Positions 21,601-33,600 of a stretch of 64,000 bases of DNA are shown one piece after another. The translations under genes and the position numbers were made by a program. The stretch is from a virus, in the IMG/VR virus record IMGVR_UViG_3300027752_001458, positions 1 through 64,000 of that record; one strand, written 5' to 3'. Each line of letters opens with the position of its first letter. Within the stretch, counting starts at the first letter, position 1. The notes under the pieces were generated by a model that was not told the DNA's origin, ran no database searches, and saw only the letters and a program-made list of their open reading frames with translations.

Positions 21601-24600
21601 TCCGTTGTTGTTTTGCTTTGTTGTAGGACTGCCTTGCCCGCCGTTAGGACCGGGCCATACATGTGTAGCACCAGCAAAGGTACCACCAATAGCACTATTA
21701 CTTGCGCCACCGCCTATGTTAACATTTATTGGTACACCGGGATTGCCTGATCCACCACTACCACTATGTACAGTAGTTGGTTGGCTGTTAGCATTCTTGC
21801 TACTAGCAATAGTCGAACCTGTTGAAGCAAAGCCTACACCGCCTGCATTAGATTTTTCCCAGTACCAAGTTTGTTGTCCTTGGTTAATAGGTAATTGGTT
21901 GAAGCCCCAATAGAACACAGCTGAGTTACTGCCGTTTACGCCTCTAGAGGTCTTAATTGTTATCCATCTTCCTAAGCCAGGCTTGTAGTTGAACGAACAC
22001 TTTCCTACATTCTTTCTGCCGCCGCCTAGTATGCCGCCCATGTCTCCTGTTCTTTGAATTGAATTAATTGCTCCGTCATTTGCCCCGGGTGCATTGGTAA
22101 TTAATTTCTTAAATTGAGCCTTTTCTGCTGTTGTCTGCACAGTACACGTTGAATTAGAATTTGTTGTAGCAACTACTTTATTCATCATGTACTTCGATGT
22201 ACCTTGATAAACATCCATTCTATCTTCAGCACTGTACATGTTAAAGAACACATTCAGTTGCTCGTCAATGGATTGGTCAGCCGCTAATTGGAAACTAACA
22301 ACTTCAGGTGAAGGTCCACTGGAGTGATACAAGTAGTAGTTCACTCTCTCAAATGGCGGTATAGGAGCTATCGAGGTATCATCAATTATAACTCCTACTG
22401 GTGATACAGCTGAACTGCCTACTAGTCCAACAGTTGCACCATTTGAATCTGTAGCGCCTGCTGTTAGTGTAGCTGTCTCAGTACCTTCAGTAAGTACATC
22501 ATTTCTTGTAACTACCTGGGCTGTTGCTTGCCACTTAGTTGTTGAACCTATTTGTGCCATAGCAAAAACAAGTGTCATAGAGTTAGTTAAGTCGCCGCCT
22601 GTTGCAAAGTCAGTGCGTGATACACCTGACATTGTAGCAGTAACAGTAGCGCCTGCAGATAAGTGCTTACCTAATAATGTGAATGTAATCTCTTCGCCGT
22701 TCTCTCCCACTCTGTGTTTGTTAGCAGTCATGCCAGTGTATGTAGGTACTGGATCTAAACTAGTATCATTAACAGTAACGATGTCGCTCGGTTGCCCTGT
22801 TAATGCGCCTTTGCTTGTCGATGCTCTCAGTCTAAACTTCAACAGCTCAGAGCCTTCAGTTGTTCCGTCTGCTGTAAATGTTACAGTCTTTGTTGCTGTA
22901 CCATTTGCATTAAATGTCATTGTGAATGGAGTTGTTAAGCCTCCATTAATGTCAGCGGCTAAGTCTACACTACCAGTTGCATCAACTACTATAGTTTCGC
23001 CTGCTGTGATGTTATTTGCTTGTACAACAAATGTGCCTGTTCCGCCTTCATTAACACTGTCTTGTTTCCACTCTGCTGTAAAGCCGCTAGCATATGGCTT
23101 GTAACAAGAAGCAATATTGTCTACGTATTCAGTAATCTTTGGTGCGTCACATTTACCTTTAGTTTCGTCGCCGGCATGTATACACTTTGAATCTACTCTT
23201 TGTGTACCTGCTCCGTTAAAACCGTTAGCATCTACTGTGCATGATCTACCAGTTTCTACATATTCATGTGTGTGCTTAATTGCATCAACACAGTTATGGC
23301 TAGCATGTTGTATACCGATGTTTGCAGGATCATCTCCTGTGAAGTCATTAGTAAATGCAATCTTAGACTTTAGTGTTGGATCGACTTTATCAATAGAATG
23401 TGTTTGCCCACCATATACTTTTCCGTAATCTGCATAGTCTTCGCCCATGCCGCCCATTGTACCTTTTTCAAGCCTTGTTGCCGATGTTGCCCATACACTA
23501 CCATCCGATGCTGTAATAGTACCGTCTGTTTGCATAGTAAACTTAATATCGTCTCTAGTCCAACTTGTGCCGCTTGGAACTGATTCCCACTGACCTGAAG
23601 CATAATCAAACTCTTGCTTCGATGTGCCCCACTGGCTTCCGCCTGCTCCGTATTCAGTCTCTGCACCGTTAAACGCTCCGCCACCAATTGAGTAGCCGCC
23701 GCCGGATGTAGTGCCTTGTTGATCTAAGTATCTCTGTGCAAGTGGCTTAGTAAGCTCTTGCTGTCCAGGTAAAATACTCTTTGACTGATCAAATAATGCC
23801 TGCTGTAGTGCCTGAGATGCTACTTCTTTTGGAGTTAGTGTAGGAAGATTGTCAACCTTTGGATCACCGTTCTTACCTGTTCCTGTTTTTAGAGTAGGAT
23901 CGTATGTATTTTGTGAGCCATCGGAGCTATTAGACTTAGCCTTAGTAGTAGTCTTCTTGGCTGGTCCGCTAGTAACTTTTACTGCCGCCGAGCCTTTTGG
24001 AGCCGCTGAATTCTTAACTGTTGTTCCTGCTGTTAACGGTATCGCATTCTTTCCTGGCTTCTTAACAGCGCCTTTACCTTTGTTCGCCATATAGTCTTTG
24101 ACTTTCTGTGAAACGTCTGCCCAATTGATGTTAATAAACATCGAACCTTTCTTGACTACCATGCCAGCTTTACTGTACATAATATCTTTAATGTCAGCGG
24201 CATATTGTTCTACACTGTGCCACGGGTAAGTACTTGTTACAACGTTAGCACCGTTAAAGGAAATATTACCTTTATGGTCTGCAATAAAGAACGGAGTAAA
24301 TCCTTCCTTACCTGTAATGCCTGGAGCATCTGTTCCGTACACTTTATAATCAAATTCTGATCTGTATGTAACTCCGCCAGTTTCATATGGATGGGAGAAT
24401 GCAGGGTAATCAATAACGATTGTGTTTGCAGTCGGTATATCAACAACTGTAAATGTGTTGTTATAATAGTCTGGATCGTATGCATGTACTGTTATGCCGT
24501 TACCAACAAGTGTGTCTGAACCGTCTATTGCAAATGTGTGATTCTCACCTGTAGTAATTACAGTATTAGCACCCATAAACGTTGCTTCTTCGTATGTTGT

Positions 24601-27600
24601 TCTATAAGTCTCTACAGTATCGCCCGCAGTTAATGTTACGTTGTCTGACAACGTAATAATAGTATCGCCAACTATAGTAGCAATTGTTGTGCCAGCTGGA
24701 ACACCTGTGCCAGTTACTCGCATACCTTCAATTAGTCTATTAGTGTTTCCTAAAATAGTAACACTTGTACCAGCAGTAACATCACTTGCTACTGTTAGTG
24801 TTAGTCTAGGTGCGTCGAATAATGTTTTGTTTATCACAAACGAGTTGCTAGTTGTATCAATTCGTCTTACAGACTCTACAATATCCTCACTGGATAGTTG
24901 GTTAATTTTTACATATTCTAAATTAACAAGTGTTGATAGATCTGTATCTGTTGTAATTTTTGTTGCGTCATTAATAGTAAACGATAAGTTCGCTTCGTTC
25001 AACGCTCCGCCTGTGTAACTGGCAGGGTTAATGTCAAATACTACTAGCTCGACTTCTTGTGCCGGAGTAGTAGCTTCTACTTCACGTATTGCTTTTGCAA
25101 AATCAACTATGTCGTCAGCCGCCAAAGTAACAGCATTCTGTAATGTTACGTTTGCAACTTGACCATCGCCTGTATGCAAGAAGTACAGTGTAGCATCTCC
25201 GCTAAATGATCTACCGTCTGCAAGGTTTATATCAAAGTTATTAAGTGATGCGTCAAGTGCGTCTCCACTTGCGTATGTTCCCGCTGGTAGTGGATTAGGT
25301 ACTGTAAGCGATGTAATGCCCTGTGACAGCGTTATGTCGTTGCCTGATATAGTTGCTACAGTTACTGAGTTAGCAGTGTCATTAATGTCATGCCCTAATA
25401 CAAGCGGTACTATAACATAGTCGCCTACGTTAACACCAGTTGTACTGGATAATGTAATTACGTTAGTGCCACTGTCTGCACCTCTAATTGCTTTAGCTGG
25501 CTCACTGCCATAGTTAGGTAAATCGTATGCAACACTTATAATTTGTGTTGGCTCAGTAACAGTTGAATGGAACAAGTACATGCCCTTTTCAAGTGTTTCA
25601 GCTGTGTTAATGTTTACAACTGTGCCACTAGTAACAGCATTTTCAACAGTACCTTGTACAGGTGTTGATATGTTGCCTAGTGTAGATAAACGTTCTGTGA
25701 AGTTTTTGTTTAATACTTTTTCAGTTCTGATGTTCTTTGGAGAAAAACTAGCGCCTGCTAATTCAGTGCCTGACTCGTCTTTAAACTTAACTGTTAAGCC
25801 GTCAAATAATGACTCACCAACAAAGTCGAAACTGTCGCCTTTTAATGAGAGTGCATTAGGAACTGCTGTAACTTTGAGGGTTGTTTCTGCTAATGAAACT
25901 GTTGCAGTATCTGTTATAACATTTAATGCTGTGTGAGTACCGTATAGTGCAGAGCCTAGTGTGAACGTTGTATCAGTCTTGTCTTTAACAACAAATACGT
26001 CTCCTACTGTTGCACCTATGTTATCAACATTGAACACAACATTACTGCCTACACTAAATGGATGCCCTGGAGCAACAATTTGTACGGTATAATCAACAGA
26101 TGTGTTACCTGTCTTAGCATTACCGAAGTTTATAAAAGTAAGATTTGCTTTAGTTACAGTTTCAGTCATGCCGCCTAGCACTGTTGTATTTGCATACAGT
26201 TGTACTTCGCCTGCAGGTGTTATGTTTGCAACTTGGAAAATATTACCGTTTAAGTTAGAGCTACTGTTATCATGAAACTTCAACCAGTGCCCTTGTGCAA
26301 CGCCGTCTAACTGTCCGTTATTAATAGTGAACGTTAACTGCTTGTTGTGTACTTTCATGTTAGGTATAGCATCTACACTTCTAAAAATTGTTATGTCAGT
26401 TGTAGGTGTAACTTCTTCTGCTCTAGCATACTGGTAAGCATTTTGTAATGTTACTGCTTCGGCATTAATAATGTTACCACTTAGTTGCGGTGTAATTGTA
26501 CTGATAGTGTTAACACTAGGTACAGTATAATTAATGTTACCCATCTCAACTGAACGCTCTGCAACTTTCTCTTCACTTACAAATCTAGTAATAGGATGAT
26601 CAACTTCTAGTTGGTCCGTTACATAAATTGGGTTACCATCATATGAAACTAAGTTTGCATAGTTAGGTGAAATTATGTTATTGCCTTTAAGTGCTAGTAC
26701 TTGATCAAACCATTTAGTGTGGTCATAATCTGCACTTACGTTAGAATTATCGTTGTTGTCTAAAATTATATCAGATAACTTTACGTCTGCCCAAAGGAAC
26801 GATGTTCCAACACCTTCGTCAAATTCTACATACGAAACATTACTGCCTGTGCTAGTAAGTTTGTATACTTCAAATTCTTCATGCTCGCCTTTTGCAAAGT
26901 GGATAGTGTCATTCTCTTTTGGCAATTTAGATGCATTAGCAAGTTGATTAACATCAAACAAGTTCTCAAAGTCGTAAATATCAAATGCTTGGTACTGTAC
27001 GTTATACTTGGAAACATAACCTGAGTTTGGTAACGGAGCATACTTGCTGTCAACTAAGCCCACGTAACTAACACTTGAAGTCAGAGGCCATAAGCCTTTC
27101 TCTGCCATGTCTGACGGTCTAACTGGAAGTCTTATAGGATCATCAACGTCAATTAATATTGTTGCATCATCCTTGCTGTCTGGGTATATCTCGAATGTTC
27201 TCATCTGTGTTAGCTTCGCCGCTAAGGCATCGTTTGCAAACACTTTGATGTTCATTGAACTACCTGGTAAGTCACCGTAGTATGTATCTTCTAAATCAAT
27301 TGTGCCACGCTCAACAATTTCTATTACTGAGTTGGGCTGTATAGGTGCACCAGGGATAGCGCCACAGTCTAAGAAGTTAAGTGTGGATGTTCCTGCGCCT
27401 ATATCACTAGTAATTGTATATAATGCTTCTTCGCTTGTCTCTGGTAGTTTAGCGCCATTAATGAATACATCAACATGCGGGTAACTACCGTTAATAATTT
27501 GTAAGTTGTCAGCGGCAAGTGGTGTTGTTGTAGTTATACCGTCGCCTACTTCTACTGGAGTAAAAGTAAAGCTCTGTGATACATTGCCTGATAACAACGA

Positions 27601-30600
27601 GTTAGTTGTAATGTTTGTTCTACTACCTTCGTCAAATTCCCAATCATGTGAGCCGCCGGCTCCAACAATATTACCTGTTGTAGTTCCACCGTTAACTGAA
27701 ACAATTATGTCACTAAATGTTGTGCTGTTTGCAGTTTGGAAACTATAACGTTGTCTTGGTTGGTAACGTTTTGCAGGTAAGTTTAATGTGCTTTCTAACG
27801 TGGTGCCTGCGCCTTGCTCTGCTAGTGTAAAGTCGTTACCTTTAATTGTTAAGTAGAACTCTTCAATGCCTGCGCCTGCTGTTCTAGTAAACGTTGCTGA
27901 AATATTTGCACTAATGTCGTTTGTTGAGTTAATTGCGTTAGCAACATCTTGTACAGAAGTCACACTACTCAAGTCAATAATAGTGTTTACGTTAGAACTA
28001 AAGTTGTCTGTAATTAATATATTGCCAGCACTTGTTAAATCTGCAACTGTTATGTTAGCAGTAGAAACAGCATATGGTTTTAAGAATGTAGTAGTAATAT
28101 TTGCTGTAAGTAATTGTGCCGCAACAACTGTTACTGAAGGATTAATGGTATAACCATATCCTGGCTCGTTAACTGTTACGTCAGATATTCTACCATCTGT
28201 TCCAATGTTAACAGTAGCCTTTGCTGTTGTGCCGCCGCCATATTCAAAACTGCCTGGAATGTCTGCTGGTGGTGGTTCAATTTCTAAGAATGGTCTTTGA
28301 TAGAACTTAGTTGTTCTGTCAAGTACCTCTACGGCTTTAACTTTACTTACAATATCTTCTGGGTAAGCAATTTGTATAAGTTGTCTTTCGTTAGTGATTT
28401 CACTCTCACTAACTTTAATATCAATTGTTTGGTAGTTGCCAGTATCACCGAAGTCACCTGCTTTAAGAGCCCATTCGTCATAAACTGCAACACTACCAGG
28501 AACAAGTACCTTGTCACTGTTAAGCAATACTTCGATACTGTTTTTAGTACCCTTACTACGAATCATGCCTGCATAAAAATCATACTGGTCATCTTGTGTA
28601 AGTTCAAATTCTCTAAGGTACTTTCTTTCTTCGTACCCGTATTGTCTTCTACTTGCTTCGTATAGTTGCTTCTCTACAGGCACATGTCCAATTTCATTGT
28701 ATCTACCCATGTCACTAGCAAGTGTATCGAAGTTAGGCTTTAAGCCATCTGGTGTGATAATATAACCTTCTGCTGTCAGTGTTCCGTTCCAGCCTGCAGT
28801 TCTTTTACCTTTAATTTTTATTCTACGTTGTCTCTGATTTAAGACATCGTTGTATATAGTGTCACCGAATATTGTTTTATTCGATAATACCATTGCATGT
28901 TCAATTTCATTTGTGTACAATATTACGCCGTAGATTTGTTTACCTGTCGGTGGTATAATTGTAATTAAATTTGTGTCTCTAGTAATCTCGCACTCGGAAG
29001 TCTTTATTGATTTACCTTCCTGGTCTAGTATACTGTACTGACTCTGGTCTACATCAATAATTTTACTTACTCTGCCGATAGGCGCTAGAAACTTCACATT
29101 GCTTGCTAATGGACTGAGACTTAGCGTATTGCCTGGTGCCCATTTACCTATGCTCCAGAACAAGAACTGTTTTCCGCTGTACAACCAATTGTTAATGTCG
29201 TTGATCTCGCCGTTGAATTCGCCGAAGTCGTAACCCATTGCTTCTTGCTTTCTGCCTAGGCTAATTAAGAAGTCAAACAATTCGTTTACTGTAGCAAACA
29301 CTGTGCCATATTCAACTTTCTTAATTATGCCAGTGCCTTGTAAGTATAATGTTGCTTCAGCGGCATTGGTCATTGGCAATGACGGAAGTCTCTGCCATAA
29401 TGCCGTGTCCGTTACATTACTGCCTGCAGGAGAAAAATCTTTTGCTTGGTAGAAGTTGTACCCTGATTTAATTATTGTGCCTGTTATGTAGTTAACACTG
29501 TTGCTGTAAGTACCGAAGTCTACTGCTTCGCCACCAACACTTACTTCTGTTGCTGGACCACTAGTGTTACTTTCTTCAACTTCAAAGAAACGTTTTACTG
29601 CATTGTAGCCTTCTACTTTATACTTGCCAGCAGTTGTGTAAGTAATTAATACACCTGAGAAATCATTTGTTGTGCTGTAAGGACCAACGTGTACGCCAAT
29701 ATCGATATCTTCTTGTGGCAATATCAAACTTGAACTGTTACCTGTTGAGCTATAACTATCACTGAACACAGTCATAGTATCTTTATCTACATATCCAGCA
29801 AACTTATGTCCAAGTTTACTAGTAATTGATCTATAAGGTTTAACAAATTCTTTTGTTGTGTTAAGACCTTGGAATTTTAAAAATGCGTTAATGTACTGCG
29901 TGAAACCTACAGTATATGTTGTAGTTTCTGATGCAGTAACTTCGCCGTGTATTTCTGCGAGCTTTGCTTTAATTCGTCTATTAGTTGTTCTGTCTAATAA
30001 CTGCTTTGGATTTGCAGAACGTCTAACTGGCTTTCTTGGATCAGAGAACACAGTAGCAAACTTACCTGGCTGTGCTAACAATAGTGCCTGCATAACTGCA
30101 AACGGATAGCCTTCAGATATTTTCCATGCATTCTCAACTGGAGCACCATCGCCAAACTTCCAGTCTTTTCCTGTCAGTGTGCTATCAGCGGCGTACACAG
30201 TACTTAATGTACTTGTTAGTGAGAACGTTGCACCAGTGCTGTCTACTGCTGTTGTGCCAGTGTTGTTTGTACTAACATGCGTAGGTGTTTCTGCAAAACT
30301 TGGTCCAGTAGTATATGGGTACGCAGGTTTGTTACTAGCATCTACAGTTGCTACATAATAGTATGTACCAGCTGGAAATTCGGGTGTTGGTCCACTGCGT
30401 CCGTTATAAGCATCTAGGTCGCCGGAGTTAGCAATGTATTCGTAATCCTCAACAAACTCGCCTGTTGGCGTGCCACCAATTGTTGCTCTTGTTACAGTTT
30501 TTAAACCGTAACTACTGTCAATTCGTTTAATACTGCTCGATGCATTAGCTCTGTCTGAATAACCATATGGCCCGTAAATTGGGAAACCATCAAATGCCCA

Positions 30601-33600
30601 ACCGACGATTGGCGAGTGAGTGGATGTACTCCAGTTATCTAATGCAACTGCCTGTGGGCTAGGCTGAATGTAACCGTAAATGTTATTACTGTCAGGAGCT
30701 CCACCGGCGTTATCTCTGCTAACTTCATTTCTATACATACTGTTGTAAGTAAATGTAGTGCTGTCAGTGTGCGTAACACCTGAATTAGCATTTGTAATTA
30801 ACGCACCGTTAGTTGCTATACCAATTGCTGTATTGCTTGTGGTAGTAGCATTTGCAAACTGAGTGCCTAAGCTGGAAGGATCTACTCGTCCTACCAACGA
30901 TGTTAACTTGTAAGTACTAGCCTTATCTTGTATAATGCTTGTGTTGTCTGCTGTTGGGAATGTACCCACAGCATGATTCATAATATTGTTTGTTGTAATA
31001 TTTAAAACGTTAGCAACCTGAGAAACACTTACACCATCAACATGAATAAACGTGTTGGCACCTCCATTGTTGTCTGATACACCAGTTGTTGTCTCTGCCC
31101 AACTAATTGTTTTAGTTGTTGCTGTTGTGGCAATAATGTTTGCAGGAGCAATCAATGTACCACTTGCGTCAACAGGTAATTCGTATTTTAAACCAATACG
31201 TCTATACGGATTGTCTACTTTATATCTGCTGTTAGTAACATTCTCTCTTGCGCCTTGTCTAATAATACCTTCTTCTAAGTCACTCCACAAGTTGGAATTA
31301 CTTGAAGCATAACTAGTGCCGTACTGTGTTTCCCACCATGTAGGCTTTCTAGTAAATCCTAGCATTTCCCATGGATGCGTGTGAGGTCTATCTGTATCGT
31401 AACATGCCTCAAATATGCCTTTCCAATGTGCTGGCTTACTTGTGCCATGGTTATAGTTCCATGTCCACAGATCGTCTGCTAGATAAAATTCATTTTTAAC
31501 AAAGTCTACATCATTTCTTGTTATGTAGTTGTTAAAGTTAGAACGTAATAAACCATAATACTCATCACGATCTCTACCTGTTTTTCTAAATTGACCAGGT
31601 CTAATGTCACTGACATTTAAGTCTGGTAAACTGTCATTGTTTCTAAATTGCTGTAATGTTGCATTGTATACTCTTTTCTCAAACTCTAAAAGTATGAAGT
31701 CATGCACATCATTCGTTGCAACTGATTTACTTCCATCATGTCCCACTACCATTTTAATAGGACTTATAAAAGTAGTATCTGTAATAATTTCTGGATATGT
31801 AATAGGATACATACCTAATGCACTAGGCGTTGAAGGTACTTGAGCACTTTCTCTATTTGAGTCGTATAGTCTGACTTTAATAGTATTACCTAATGTTATT
31901 GTGTAAGCAGTTTTGAAAGTAACTGTAACAGCACCGAGTGTGGTTGTTATTTCGTAATCAACATCTGCACATAATAATTTGTCTGGGTTAACGCCATCTG
32001 ATTCGTAAAGATAAATTGTGTTTTCAATTTTCAGAAGATCTAGATAGTTTGTTAATGTGTATTCTCTTTTTAATACATTGTTCATAACTAGTTTTTCTTC
32101 GATGTACTTGTCACCAAAGGCTATCATAAACGTATCGTCGAATACATTCTTGCCTTGGTTGTATGCAATAACATTCTCTAAAACTAATTCTAGCATGGCG
32201 CTGTACGACATTGCTGTGTAGTCTGAACTGTTTACAAAGTTTTTAATTTCTTTCTTTAATCTGTTCTTATACTTTACATATTCTTCTGCAACAAAATCCA
32301 TACTGTCTTTAATATTGAACTTGTCATTACTGAACAAGAATGCCGATAGTCTTAAATCGTCATCAGTTTGCATAATCTTATCTGCGTACTTTATGTCTCG
32401 TTTAACATTTTCAGAGTTGTTTGCACCTAATGAGTCACCTGTGTGATCTTCCTGAAACTCTATTAAGTTTTTAAAGTGTTCCAAGTACTCAGGTTGTGAT
32501 ATTGAAAGTATATCTGCATTGTCTAAGTTACTGTGCCAACTGCCTGGTACGTGATATCTACCGTTAGTGTTTACACTTTCAAAGTATCCAGTGTCTGTCT
32601 CAGTAAATATATCAATGATATCAAATTTGCTAAATGTAAAACTTGCAAAAATAACTGCAACTTGTGAGGCATCGTATGAGAACAACTCTGTTCTCTTACC
32701 GTTAACATAAATGCGTATGCTCTTCTCAACTAGCCCTGCAATATCACTCTTGGAGTTAGTTGGTACTGCTGATATGTGGTATAACCTTTTAGCACTTTCG
32801 GAATCACTGTCATTAATAATGTATCGGTCTTCCACACGTTGCTTTAATTTTTCTTCTAATGGTCTCCATGCAGTATCGTAAGTTACTTTAGCATTATTCT
32901 TTTTATAATAGATATAACCACTAATTTGTTTCTTAGCTGTGCCACCGAAAGGTGTGTAAGATTCAAAGTAGTCATCTATATGGTTAGTAAATGATATTTC
33001 ACTAAAGTTGTTAAAGTTTTTATACTCTAACGGGAAGTTTAAAACAGGGTCAGCTGTTCTGTTTGAACTTGTCGGAGTGTACCCAAAAATGTTGTTGCCA
33101 GTAAATGTGCTTGATGGGTAAGTAGCATCGCTGTCTAGCCTGACTTTGCTACTGTCGTACATAACAAACTCAATTGGCGTATTAATTTTTGTCTTCTGCT
33201 GTCCTGCTTTCCATTCAGTGCCTGTCCAGTAGTATTCTATACCCTGGTATTTAGAACCAAACTTAACTGTAATAACATCACCGACTTGTGCAACATATGG
33301 CACAAACCCTGCTTGCCCGTCTAATAAGCCTGCAGGACTAGTAGCGTCTGCTACTTTAGTTAGTACTACATTCTCTGATCCATCATCGCTAATAATATAT
33401 GCATGTTGTGAAACAGATGCATCATCACTAGCTAGTAGTATTGTGTTACCTGGCTGTAATGTTACAGAGTCAATTGATGCGCCTGTCGGTCTACCAACAA
33501 TCTCACTTTGTACATATCCTTCTGCACTCATATCTACTGCAAATTTACCAGTAAGACCAAAGTTCTGTAATTCAATATTTCTATCAAATTCGATAATAGG

